In this document: one piece after another, positions 1 to 13,094 of the stretch
Layout: each line of letters begins with the position of its first letter
How positions within the stretch are numbered: position 1 is the stretch's first letter
Source of the DNA: Octopus vulgaris
Lineage: Eukaryota
Assembly: GCA_951406725.2 (NCBI GenBank)
Contig: OX597818.1
Span: forward strand, 33,542,001-33,606,000
Length of the DNA: 64,000 nt
Direction of reading: 5' to 3'
Position numbers and translations under genes: made by a program
The notes under the pieces: model-generated
The model's database searches: none
What the model saw: only the letters and a program-made list of their open reading frames with translations
Told to the model about the DNA's origin: nothing

Positions 1-176
1 TACTATTGGATTTTACTCACAAGTTTTTGGAATCTTATATGTATACCATTCTGCCTAAATAATGGATCTACAAATGCAATATCTCTGCATATCTCACACC
101 TATTTTCATTCCTCCTCATCACTCTCTATTTCGTATCTCATCTAGATTAACTATTGCTTAACCATTTTCTCATACC

Positions 177-224
177 GTCTGCGATGATGGGATATAATAA
201 ATATCCTGGAAACAACTGTAATAC
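177..224 (+). ncRNA. Degenerate type I hammerhead-ribozyme-like motif
   Basis: gtct-GCGATGA-tgggatat/atatcctg hairpin-GAAA-caactg-TA-atac. Core and stems I/III carry mismatches. Confidence 0.4.
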
Positions 225-254
225 CTATTTATAAAAGTTCTAAAATTTTCACAG

Positions 255-679
255 CTTTACTCTTTACTCTTTTACTTGTTTCAGTCATTTGACTGCGGCC
301 ATGCCGGAGCACCGCCTTTAATCGAGCAACTCGACCCCGGGACTTATTCTTTTGTAAGCTCAGTACTTATTCTATCGGTCTCTTTTGCCGAACTACTAGG
401 TAACGGGGACATAAACACACCAGCATCAGTTGTCAAGCAATGCTCGGAGGACAAACACAGACACACAAACACATACACATACGTACATACAGATATATAT
501 ATATATATATATATACGACAGGCTTCTTTCAGTTTCCGTCTACCAAATTCACTCAGAAGGCTTTGGTCGGCCCGAGGCTATAGTAGAAGACACTTGCCCA
601 ATGTGCCACGCAGTGGGACTGAACCCAGAACCACGTGGTCGGTTAACAAGCTACTTACCACACAGCCACACGTGCGCCT
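255..679 (-). mobile_element. tRNA-derived SINE family A, full length
   Basis: Minus strand reads a tRNA-like head (GTGGCTGTGTGGTAAG ... GGGTTCAGTCCCAC), conserved body, internal CA/TA microsatellite and a tail ending (GAGTAAA)n. Matches copies at 9950, 31545, 42195 and 49196. Confidence 0.9.
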
Positions 680-708
680 TGTTTTTTTTTCTCATTCTGA
701 AAAAAATT

Positions 709-944
<236 letters not shown>

Positions 945-1060
945 CAAACAAGGGAGTCAGAGAAACGCAGAATGCTACTTATATCTGAACACTACTACAG
1001 AAATATTCTTTTAAAAAAACTTTTCTTCTAATTTTTCTAAATTTAATTATTTAATCGTTA

Positions 1061-1098
1061 CAGTTGAAAAGGTCTCAAAATGACCGAAACCGGTACTG
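1061..1098 (+). ncRNA. Degenerate minimal type I hammerhead-like motif
   Basis: cag-TTGAAAA-GGTC(tcaaaat)GACC-GAAA-CCGG-TA-ctg. Stems I, II and palindromic III are present; the core differs from CUGANGA at two positions. Confidence 0.5.
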
Positions 1099-2267
1099 AA
1101 AGATTCACTATAAAATTATCTTAGCATTTTCTATTTTTGACTTGTTTTTTCATATATATATATATATATATACATGGCATGGAGAGAGAAAGTAAGAGAC
1201 AGGTAAATGCAGTTGATAGATAAAGCGTGAAGTAAAAGAAGGCGAAGGCGTAGAGTAGTAAAATGAGTGAAGAGAAAAGAGTGGGAAATACGTAAGGAAC
1301 AAATGTACGCGTTTCGAATGTCAATGAGTGAAATGGAATATAAATGCGGACAGTAATTCTGACCATGCCTAATACTGTAATGCCTTTATGGTACACAAAC
1401 TAATTCAGAAAATATGTGTGTGTATATATGCACTTGTTCCTGTTTGTCCATCCGTATGTATGTATGTGATCATGTGCATATGTGCATGTGCCTTAGGCTG
1501 TAGGTTTGTTATTTTCTTTAAGAGTTCTATGTATGAATGTGAGTTCCCGCGTGTGGTTATATGTGTGTGCCTCTTTTGGATTTTATAGGAGTGTTATGCT
1601 TTGCTTGTTTGTGTTAATGCATATTTGTGTATGCTTGTGTAAGTGAATGCAGTGTGGTCTCGGGTAGTATTGTTCAGGAGAATGTGCGTGTCTGTCTTGT
1701 GTTATGACTTGTATTTTCGTAGCAAACATCCAGTCGTTCGCTCACTAACACTCACACACACATACACACACACACACACACACACTCATATATCTATGTG
1801 TGTGTGTATGTGTGTGTGTGAGCGTGCGTACGCGTGTGTGTGTGTGTTTGTGTACTTCCATTTTTGCTTTATGGTTTTTTCGTTCTTCGTTTTATTTCTT
1901 CGAACTTCTCAGCAGTGAAAAAAGCTGCATTCTTCATTAGACACCAAAATTGTTATTGGAATTTGGACGACATCAAGCATCAAGAAAATTCCGAAGTTTT
2001 GAGGCATGTAGACTCCTTTGAAGTAACTCCAGGCGCAAGAGTTATATCCAAGCATACGTTGATCGAAATATTTTATACTCACAAAAATTTGCTTCGACTA
2101 AAATATTTGAAGCCTTATACAAAGAGAATTTCAATTTTAGTTGTGTGCGAACTGGTTTTAGTATTGCTGGGCTGATGTTTTCCGTTTTATATTCATGCAT
2201 TAATCGACCATCTGACGTTCAAATCGACAGAACTGTGTTCTTTTAGTTGTAATATATGCATGACATA

Positions 2268-2853
2268 AGGCGGCGAGCTGGCAGAAACATTAGCACACCG
2301 GGCGAAATGTCTAGCGGTATTTCGTTTGCCGTTACGTTCTGAGTTCAAATTCCGCCGAGGTCGACTTTACCTTTCATCCTTTCGGGGTCGATTAAATAAG
2401 TACCAGTTACGCACTGGGGTCGATATAATCGACTTAATCCGGTTGTCTGCCTTTGTTTGTCCCTTCTGTGTTTAGCCCCTTGTGGGTAGTAAAGAGATAG
2501 GTATTTCGTCTGCCGTTACGTTGTGAGTTCAAATTCCGCCGTGGTCGACTTTGCCTTTCATCCTTTCGGGGTCGATTAAATAAGTACCAGTTATGCACTG
2601 AGGTCGATTTAATCGACTTAATCCTGCTGTCTCCCCTTGCTTGTCCCCTCTTTGTTTAGCCCGTTGTGGGTAGTAAAGAAATAGGTATTTCGTCTGCCAA
2701 TACTTTCTGAGTTGAAATTCCGCCGAGGTCAAAATTGCTCTTCATCCTTTCGGGGTCGATAAATTAAGTACCGGTTGCATACGGAGGTCTATCAAATCAA
2801 CTGACCACCTCCCTCAAAATTTCAGGCCTTGTGCCTAGAACAGAAAATAATAA
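2268..2853 (+). mobile_element. tRNA-derived SINE family B, trimeric copy with TSD
   Basis: Head GGCGGCGAGCTGGCAGAA, then three modules starting GGTATTTCGT at about 2316, 2500 and 2684. Flanked by ATGCATGACATA at 2256-2267 and 2854-2865. Confidence 0.9.
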
Positions 2854-3093
2854 ATGCATGACATATGCGAGCTTTAATTGTCGGGCGCCTAAGGGAAACA
2901 GTATATGCATTTTGTCCTACTTGCAGTGATACTTATGATGAGTTTCGAACCACCACGCCCGGATTTCCTGGCTCAGAGCCACGGTCTATCATACTGCTAT
3001 AGAAAAGTATCCATTCTGAAAATTAATTGTGTCTTTATGAACAGCATTATCGCCGTATCAAACATGTTTTGACAAAACATAAGTGAGCTGCAG

Positions 3094-3152
<59 letters not shown>

Positions 3153-3264
3153 CCGAAATTGCGAGAATGATCTGGTTCTTGACTGAGGATAGAAAGCTTC
3201 GAATGACCCGTCCTTCTTGTTTTACATCGTCTATCTGGATGTTTTGCGTTCTTGTCCCATTTTG

Positions 3265-3306
<42 letters not shown>

Positions 3307-3930
3307 TTGGAGTTATAACGTTGATTGATGTAATTATTGCGGAACACTGATGAGGTTAGGTGCTTATTTGCATTACATTTCCACCACTGTTATACAATTC
3401 GGCATTTTACTGTCCCACAAAGCAGTGACTACCACGCCTATTTTTGGTTTATTATTGTTCGTTCTACTACGTGGCACGTATTCCACACAATGATGTCCCG
3501 TGCCGTATTTCGCTTGATACAAGAGTATAGCTAGAAACTCGCTACTCACGCCGAATTTTGTTTGCGCATCGCAATTTACTGTGCGTCTTTTCCGATACGT
3601 GTATGTGTGCGAGCACCCGCGCGGCGTGTGTGTGTGCGTGTGTGCTGTGTATCTATGTGTGTGTGCCTTATAATATATATGGATATATGAAGAGAGAAAG
3701 AGGGGCAGACAGACTGAGAGAATGTGATAGGGTGAGAAAGACAGAGAGAGAAGAGAGTTTTGTACTGTTCTGTTTTGGCGTACACGTTAGCTGATGTTTT
3801 TATTTCACATTTATCAAATATTTAAGGATATGAAGATGAAAGGAGAATATATTTAGTTCACCTTTAATAGTGCATCAAAATGTATACGATAGATTGTAGT
3901 GTTGTTAAATGAGGAGGCTGATAGCGAGGG

Positions 3931-4171
3931 TGAAGAAGAAGAAGAAGAAGAAGAAGAAGAAGAAGAAGAAGAAGAAGAAGAAGAAGAAGAAAAGGAGAAG
4001 AAGAGACGGAAGAAGAAGAAGAAGAAGAAGAAGAAGAAGAGACGGAAGAAGAAGGAGAAGAAGAAGAAGAAAAGGAGAAGAAGAGACGGAAGAAGAAGAA
4101 GAAGAAGAAGAAGAAGAGACGGAAGAAGAAGAAGGAGAAGAAGAAGAAGAAGAAGAAGAAGAAGAAGAAGA
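3931..4171. repeat. Compound (GAA)n purine tract
   Basis: GAA repeats with recurring AAGGAGAAG and GAGACG interruptions. Confidence 0.95.
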
Positions 4172-4209
4172 TCAAATGCCTTAAACGTTTTCTGAAAAAT
4201 ATTTCCCGT

Positions 4210-4560
4210 TACCTGTTATTGTCTTCAGATCACGGCCATCCGGGGGCACCTACTTGAAGAATCTTTGGTAGAACAGATCAACCACAGTATTTATCTTTTT
4301 TAAAGCATGTTGCTTATTCTATCGCAAAGTTACGGGGAAATAAACACATTAATACCAGTCGACAAGAGGTGGTAGAGGACACAGAAAGATACGCACATAT
4401 TATACATGTACAACGGGCTTATTTCACTTTCCGTCTACCAAATACACTCACAAGTTTGTGGTGAGCCCGAGGCTGTATTGGAAGACACTTGTCCAAGGGG
4501 GCCACGTAGTGATATTTAAACCAGGTACAAACTTCTTATCACACGACCACGCATGCGCCT
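4210..4560 (-). mobile_element. SINE family A, old diverged copy
   Basis: Diverged but collinear with 255-679 (ttccgtctacca, gaagacacttgtccaagg, gcgcct end). Confidence 0.75.
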
Positions 4561-4624
4561 ATGTTGAATTTGGAAAATATAACTGAATCTGAACTTTTGG
4601 TTGGTTAGCCAAAATCATTTCTAC

Positions 4625-5034
4625 TCGAGCCAAAATCTTTCCTACTCGAGACACAATGTCCGAAATTTTGGGGGAGAGGGCCAGTCGATTATATTGACCC
4701 CAGTACTGTATTGGTACTTAATTGATCAACCCCGAAAGGATGAAAGGCAAAGTCGATCTCGGCGGAATTTGAACTCAGAACGTAGAGGCAGACGAAATAC
4801 ATATTTCTTTACTACCCACAAGGAGCTAAACACAAAGAAGACAAACACGGACAGACAGACGGATTAAGTCGATTACATCGACCCCAGTGCGTAACTGCTA
4901 CTTAATTTATCGACCCCGAAAGGATGAAAGGCAAAGTCAACCTCGGCGAAATTTGAACTCAGAACGTAGCTGCAGACGAAATAGCGCTAAGCATTTCGCC
5001 TGGCGTGGTAACGTTTCCGCCAGCTCACCACCTT
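4625..5034 (-). mobile_element. SINE family B, dimeric copy
   Basis: Two cores CCCCGAAAGGATGAAAGGCAAAGTC; head at about 5034. Confidence 0.9.
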
Positions 5035-5359
5035 CCACGTAGTGATATTGAAGCCAGGCCCAAGTTTCTTCTCAGAGAGATACGCATGCGCCTATGTTAA
5101 ATTTGGAAACTATAACTGATTCCGTACTTTTGTGTGGTTGGTCAAACTCAAGGAGCAGCACTATTTTTAAACAAATTGTAAGCCAGAGTAAAGCGTTAAG
5201 AACATAAAATTATACATCGATACACGCATACACTCACACATGCGCACGCACACACATGCATATACAAATATATGTGTATAAATATAAATATATACATAGA
5301 CACACACACACATATATACATATATATATACATATACATATATATATAGACATATATGT

Positions 5360-5394
<35 letters not shown>

Positions 5395-6160
5395 CATATA
5401 TATACATACATACATACATACACACACAAACATACTGGCATAACATATATACATGCATTCTTACGTACGCATGTATGCACGTAGGTACATACGAACATAC
5501 GTATGTACAAGTGTATGTAAGGATATATATGAACACTAAGATATACAGTGTATCAAAGTCGTAAAGACAATAATTTAAGAGAGCAGTATTTCTATCATGC
5601 GATGCTAACGTCAGTTATAAAGGGAAATAACCACCTTTAGTGAATTTAATTTCCGGCCGTCTACTCGTGTCGCCAGGGAAACATTTGATTAAATGGTTTA
5701 GCAATGTGCAATAAGTAAAATTACGATGTCAAAATAAGTGTCGAAAGTGATAACATATTAAAGTAGTTTAACTGAGTATTAAACATTATGAAATATTCAG
5801 GAACATGGAATGACTAAACGTAGCAATCGTAATGTATGTCTGTATATATTTATTTATTCTTTTATTTGTGTTAGTCATTGGATGCGGGCATACTGAGCGA
5901 TCCGCCTTCAAAGGTCTTAACTGATTAAATGACCTAACATCGACCTTACGCTTTACTGGTCTGGTATTAATTCTATAGCTTTCACGTTTTACGAACCGAT
6001 AAAATACGAGAACATAAACAAACTTACACCGGTAACCAAATGCTGACACGAACACAAACACACACTCAGGCTCCCATGGGTACACTTACTCCACTATCGT
6101 TTCTTTCTTGCGGAAGACACAATAGTGGAGTGAGTGTATATACGTATACATACATACATT

Positions 6161-6193
<33 letters not shown>

Positions 6194-6197
<4 letters not shown>

Positions 6198-6745
6198 CAC
6201 TGCTCCTAACTATGGTCACCACACAATATAAAGTTAACAGCAGAACTCGAAGCAATCCAACGAAGCTACACTAAAATCGTCTCAATGCAGCATATCAGCT
6301 ACTGAGAAAGACGGAAAGTATCAAAACTCTTCTCCCTGGAGCGAAGTCGGAAGAGATATGCAGTGATATACATCTGAAAAATCCTGGAGGGTCTTGTCCC
6401 GAATTTTGGTATTGAAAGTTACCCCAACAGCAGAACGGGGCGCCACTGCATGGTGCCAAAGATCCCAACATCACCATCAAAATATAGGACCAGATACTGC
6501 AACATCTTGGATTTCATAGGACCACAGCTCTTCAATATTCTTCCTAAATGCCTGAGAGACCTGCATGGTGTGGATGTGGGTTTCTTTAAAACTAAACAGG
6601 AAACACAGATGCGGCAGCGGCGTCGAACACCCTTGTTGACCAAGTGCCACGTATCGGAGGTGGTTTCACATACTAGCGTAGCTCATTCAACGGTGGTGCC
6701 CCAGCATGGCCGCAGCGTTCGGGCTGAAACATTTTTAAGAATTTA
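6194..6745 (+). mobile_element. 3' fragment of CR1-group LINE, including 3' UTR
   Basis: Encodes VPKIPTSPSKYRTRYCN...GPQLFNILPKCLRDLHGVDV, near-identical to the C-terminus at 22053-22160. Ends GGTGGTGCCCCAGCATGGCCGCAG...CTGAAAC. Confidence 0.85.
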
Positions 6746-6769
6746 AAGATTATATATATATATATTTAA

Positions 6770-6771
<2 letters not shown>

Positions 6772-6836
<65 letters not shown>
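6772..6836. repeat. (TG)n microsatellite
   Basis: Seen directly. Confidence 0.95.
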
Positions 6837-6840
<4 letters not shown>

Positions 6841-7938
6841 CATGTGTGTCTGTGTGTATGTATACATATACATATGTTCATATATACATATATACATAAA
6901 AAGAGAAATTTTCTCATTGGAATTTTTCACAAAATATTCCGCTGCCTTTCATGTAACGGATCTTCAGACAGAAGTCTGAATATCGGTTGCGTCAAACCCT
7001 CGATAAAACTTTGGTAAGTTTCTCAGCTTCAATATACCTCTCAATGCTTAGGCCTACCTTTACCATTCCAGTGTTATTTTCTCCATCAGGTTCTGTACTT
7101 GTGTGCTCTCAACAATTGTGTAGTCGTGTATGTTTGCGTATGCGTAACTGCATACTTTATCTATGTGAATACACACACACATCATAAGCAATATTAAATA
7201 TATTTGCATATATTCAATCTACTTTTTTTATGTAAAATGAAAGCACATAAATTGTAACAATATAAGTAATGTAATATTATTGAACACACAAAAACTCGGG
7301 ACACCGAAACAATCCTTTGATGTTTTCCTATAACAAAAGGAAACATGATTAAAGAAAATTACAATGGCGTATGCACATGTGCATGTGTGTGTTTACATAC
7401 GCACTTCAAAATAGTCATCCATCTACTCACGCGGACGAATACACACACAAACACGCATGTATGTATGTATCTATGTATGTATGTATGTATGTATGTATGT
7501 ATTATGTACGTATGTATGTATGAAGATGCTTTTGTATTCTTAAATATATGCTATACGAAATCATCTGTATGTATGAATATGTACATATATTAATGCGAAC
7601 GTAGTTATGAATATGTGTGTGTCTGTGTGTCCGTGTATCTGAATATATACGTTTATGTCTAATTTTACGTGTGAATATACGCTTATACGTATCTCTTTGT
7701 ATTGTTAAATGCTTTTATGTATGCGCAGGCTTCCATGTATATAAATGTTTTCAGTTATACTATTACAAACCTACCTCAGGAACTACTTCCATTATCTTTA
7801 CTTTTTGAAAAAATATTTTTGTCGGTTTTACATTACAGATTCCTTCGTTCACATTTTAATGTACCATTATAATAGTTTTTTAATCATTCTAATACGCCAT
7901 AGAAATACATAAATACATACATATGAGTGGCACGTTTG

Positions 7939-7956
7939 TATCTATCAATCTATCTG

Positions 7957-8029
<73 letters not shown>

Positions 8030-8084
8030 ATATTAATATATCTATCTATCAATCTATCTATCTATTAATCTATTAATCTCTGTC

Positions 8085-8154
<70 letters not shown>

Positions 8155-8184
8155 AATCAATCTATCTATCTATTAATCTATTAA

Positions 8185-8237
<53 letters not shown>

Positions 8238-8240
8238 ATA
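7939..8240. repeat. (TATC)n/(TC)n/(TA)n compound microsatellite
   Basis: Seen directly. Confidence 0.95.
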
Positions 8241-9949
8241 TAATTATATATACATGTGCGTGTGTATATATGTGTGTGTATGTATATGTGTATATATTAT
8301 GTATATTTGTATAAATATATATATTTATACATGTGTATAAATATGAATGTGTGTCTGTGTGCGTGAGCTTTTTGCATGTGTGCGTGTGTATACATATATA
8401 TATATATTCATATTCACATACATGCATATTTCGACGATAATGAAAGTAAAGGAAACATTTAGTAATAGTATTAATAGTATTGTATTTTACGTTGTATTTG
8501 CGTCTACTTTTATATATCGATTGTGAGAACGTGAACATCTGCCAGTAAGTATATGTATGTAATAAGTATATTCAACTGAAAACTATATATGAAATTGTGG
8601 CTATTTATAAGCAGTGTAGTAAGAGTGTCTGTTGGGTCGATGGCTACCATATTTTGTTGATGTATCCAATTGTCAATTCGGGTGTGAGCAGTTCGAATTT
8701 TGTTATGGACTTTGCTATTTTCTACATATCATTATTTTGCAGTGTTTTTTCTTTGTTTTGTTCCTCTCCCAACATGTGAATATACTTACACTTTATTTCT
8801 TTGGCCAATACATTTTAACTAAAGTTACATGATACGATGGTGGTTTTAGCAGTGGATGAAAATGTTTTGCGCCAACTCCAAATTTTTGTCTCCGAAGTTC
8901 AGATCCAGTAGTGGCCCTCTGTTGGTCGATTTCATTCTTCGCCTGGCTTAATACCACTGTCTAACTCTCAGGTACATTTATCAGAGTCTACTCTGATTTA
9001 AGTTTAGGTCTTTAGTTTTAAGACGCCTCGCTCTCAGATAACAAGTTAAATCTTTCAAAGTAAACCTTATCATAAATAACATTTAGGTTACTATTCAGGA
9101 CATTTTAACAAATCTTGAAACAACAAGTTCGAAGGGAAACTATGAACTGATATATTTGTTGGGATTTGAAACCGTTTCTTTAATTCCGAATAATAATTAG
9201 ATTTGATGTCTACAAAACTTATATGTCACAGCTTATTAGACATTATATGTGAATCTCAATCTTGATTCTAACCAATTAAATCGTACACAAGACACGTGTC
9301 TCTCAGAGTAAAGAACTGTTGAAACAAACTTTAAACTTTTGCGGAACAAGGAATATTTCTTTCCAATATTACACCACATAGAAGTTTTCAAACATTTTCA
9401 GGGGAGACGTTTATATCAAAGAAATACAAAACTCTAATTTCCTTCCAAGTAAGATCTGACTTCAATGCACTTGTTTCGCTCCAGTCAATTCGTAAAGGCC
9501 CCATGGAAGTCCTCCAAAAAGAAGGCACTCGAGCACTCGAGCATTGGGAACAAACTTTTCACAAATCATGCGCATGTTCAGGTCTTTACGAATAATTGTG
9601 CGTACAAATGCCACACCAATTCAAAACTTTATTCTTATTTTGAATATAAACACACGACAGTCTTAATCTAGAAAATTGCAAATCTTCTCATCCAGGCCTG
9701 ATTTTCTGACATTCCTATCTCCTCATCGTCTATCGCCTTCGCTCTGCTCTACTCTTGTGATAGGTTTCGTAGTGCTTTTGCCCTGTTTAATATAAAACGT
9801 TATTTGCAAATTGAGCTGCCAAACGTTCTCACTGCTTTCAGCAAACTAGCGAGATGTGACAAGCAGGATTTTTAGTAAGGTGTATTCAAAATGCTGTTAC
9901 AGCTGTCTCCTTTAATCTAGAATAACAACTGTTAGCAGATCAAGTGTTA

Positions 9950-10328
9950 GGAACAGGAGTGGTTGTGTGGTAAGTGGCTTGTTTACCAACAACATGGTTC
10001 AGGGTTCACTCCCACTGCATGGTACTGCACCACCAAAGCCTTGTGAGTGGATTTAGTAGACGGAAACTGAAAGAAAACCGTCGTATATATGTATATGTAT
10101 ATATATGTGTGTGTTTGTTTGTGTGTCTGTGCTTGTTTCCCCAACATCACTTGTCAACTGATGCTGGTGTGTTTACCTCCCCGTAACTTGGCGGTTCGGC
10201 AAAAGATCCCGATAGAATAAGTACTAGGCTAACACAGAATAAGTCCTGGGGGCGATTTGCTAAACTAAAGGCGGTGCTCCAGCATGGCCGCAGTCAAATG
10301 ACTGAAACAAGTAAAAGAGTAAAAGAGA
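9950..10328 (+). mobile_element. SINE family A
   Basis: Head GGAGTGGTTGTGTGGTAAG, body GCCTTGTGAGTGGATTTAGTAGACGGAAACTGAAAG, tail GGCGGTGCTCCAGCATGGCCGCAGTCAAATGACTGAAACAAGTAAAAGAG. Confidence 0.9.
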
Positions 10329-10640
10329 TCAGTTTATTAGACGTATTGTTTGTGGTGTTATGCTAAACTTACAATGATCTACGACAGTTATAGCTGTCTC
10401 TCTTAAAAACAAGTTGCGAAACTTCCGGACTGCGCCTCATAAAGTTATTCTGCATTATCCAATAAACTAAGTCTGATGACCGAACCCTGTAAACTCTTTT
10501 CATTTCTCAGTTGAAAATATTTCCCTGTTATTCTTTCTAAATTGTATTTAACCTTCAAGCAATGTTCCATAAATCCTTTAGTTCACAGGACTTCTTTAAT
10601 TAGTTGATGCCTAATATTAAGGAAAGTTATGTAAATATTT

Positions 10641-10845
10641 CGGCAGAATCGTTAGCACTCCGTATTTCGTTTGCCGTTACGTTCTGAGTTCATATGCCGC
10701 CGAGGTCGACTTTGCCTTTCATCCTTTCGGGGTCGATAAATAAAGTACCAGTTACGCACTGGGGTAGATGTAATCGACTTAATCTGTTTGTCTGTCTTTC
10801 TTTGTCCCCTCTATGCTTAGTCCTTTGTGGGCAATAAAGAAATAT
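10641..10845 (+). mobile_element. SINE family B, monomer
   Basis: Core GAGGTCGACTTTGCCTTTCATCCTTTCGGGGTCGATAAA. Confidence 0.85.
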
Positions 10846-11984
10846 ATTATCGATTTTATTGGTACTATGCAAGAATAACTCTATCGTAGAATTTTCAGAT
10901 TTTAAGAACTACTTTCTTTGCAACTAAACTTCAGGTTAAATTTAGCATCGTACTTTTCTATAACATGATTAATGTTTAATGTTGCAATGAAATTTGTCTC
11001 ATCGAATTTCTATAACTGTCTTTATTACAGAAACTGTGATCAAAAGATCCTTGAAGCAGGATATTACCACAGGAAGAAAAATGTGTTTCCTTGTATGTAC
11101 ACTTGCTAATTGTACATTACTAGTTTATTATAAGACATGTAATTAGTCCTTTAGTTAAATCAACAATTCATAATATTTTGTCATCTGTTTAAATGTAATT
11201 ATAGTAGCAGAGCAACTGAAACGGATATTTAGAGATAATCTTGTTTGTGGTTTCCATGCAAATCGAATTGAGAAAATAATTATACCAAATTACAGATAAT
11301 CGTTTATGAAGACAGGATTGTATGGAATATGTTTATTTTTCCTTAAGAATCGTTTTCAGTAAATGCTGCTTATCTATACGTTAAGAAATTTGCAATAGGC
11401 TTCAGTTTGCTATTATCCATTCACATGAGTAATATTTCACATCGTTTTAGTATAAATGTGGTTTAAGTGTATCTGTGCGAACAAAATTTGTCATGGATAG
11501 AAACATATGGAACAGATCTGAAAATGTCAATTTCTCAAGGTTTTCTTCTTGCACTTATGATAGAAGGAAAGAAATCCAAGTATAACTACACATGTTGTTG
11601 GACAATTTTATGAAAGTAGCAAATAAGCATGCCAATGAGAATCTAGGTTTGAATATTTCCACTGTCTCAGATCCTAAATTTAGCCATTGTAGCGTTTAGC
11701 TGTGTGTTTAGGGTTATTAGAGAAAAGCAATACAGGTGAAATAACATCATGCATTGGTGAAGAAGGGAGACAACTATGGATATTGTCATGAATAAGACTA
11801 CTTCAGCAAACTATAAGTATTGTATTTTACTTGCTAACACTGTAGAAAAATAACCTACATCATAAAATAATTATCAAGACATCGAGTAACGTCGGAAAAT
11901 GCGATGAAGTGCAAATGTAATGAAAATGAGACAAAGAAATTCCTTCATCCCATTGTGTTTCAAATCTGTCTTAGGTGGGAATAT

Positions 11985-12379
11985 ATTCTTTTCTGCTATA
12001 GGCACAAGGCCTATAATTTGGGAGTGGGGGATAGTCAATTTCATCTACTCCAGTGCGTAAATGGTACTTATTTCATCGACCCAGAAATGATGAAAGGCAA
12101 AGTCGACCTCGGCGGAATTTGAACTCAGAACGTAATGGCAGACGAAATACCTATTTCTTTACTACCCACAAGGGGCTAAATACAGAGAGGACAAACAAGG
12201 ACAGACAAACGGATTAAGTCGATTATATCGACCCCAGTGCGTAACTGGTACGTATTTAATCGACCCCGAAAGAATGAAAGGCAAAGTGGACCTCGGCAGA
12301 ATTTGAACTCAGAACGTAGCGGCAGACGAAATACCACTAATCATTTCGCCCGGCGTGCTAACGACTCTGCCACCTCGCC
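11985..12379 (-). mobile_element. SINE family B, dimeric copy
   Basis: Two reverse-complement cores; head at about 12379. Confidence 0.9.
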
Positions 12380-12403
12380 GGCTTAGAGTGGGTATATATT
12401 ATC

Positions 12404-12632
12404 GGCGAGCTGGTAGAAACGTTAGCACGCCGGGCGAAATGCTTAGCGGTATTTCGTCTGCGTTACGTTGTGAGTTCAAATTCCGCCGAGGTCGACTTTG
12501 CCTTTCATCCTTTCGGGGTCGATACATTAAGTACCAGTTACGCACTGGGGTCGATGTAATCGACTTAATACCTATGTCTGTCCTTGTTTGTCCCCTCTGT
12601 GTTTAGCCCCTTGTGGGTAATAAAGAAATAGG
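12404..12632 (+). mobile_element. SINE family B, monomer with TSD
   Basis: Flanked by GGTATATATTATCG at 12391-12404 and 12631-12644. Confidence 0.9.
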
Positions 12633-12992
12633 TATATATTATCGCACGCATTAAGCGATGAAAAAGAGACATTTTAAGCAGCTTCACAGATTTCTCTCCG
12701 ATTTTCTCTCTTTTTCTCTCTCTCTCTCTCTAAATATATATATACACACACCACACACGCTCATACACACACATAAGTGTGCGTGAGCGCGCGTGTGTGT
12801 GTGAGTGTGTGTGTGTACGTATATGGGTTAATGCAGAACTAAGTCACAAAATGGTAATGCAAATGTTTAGCGGCCATGACACGTATAGGATACCCCTCTG
12901 GTTCCTTTGCTCATCTGTCTGTATGTATGCACGTATATGTGATATATATATATATACACCCAAACACACACACACACACATATATATGTATG

Positions 12993-13094
<102 letters not shown>

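Noticed and set aside
1303-1410. Minus-strand GAAACGCGTA, a typical hammerhead 3' half
   Set aside because: No CUGANGA partner at a pairing position.
3347-3545. CTGATGA with a distant AGAAAC
   Set aside because: No convincing stem I, stem III or UH site.
3864-4195. Poly-E/K/R ORFs, also at 37488-37784
   Set aside because: GAA repeat read-through; no splice or domain evidence.
10473-10495. CTGATGA hammerhead-like start
   Set aside because: No stem II or GAAA follows.
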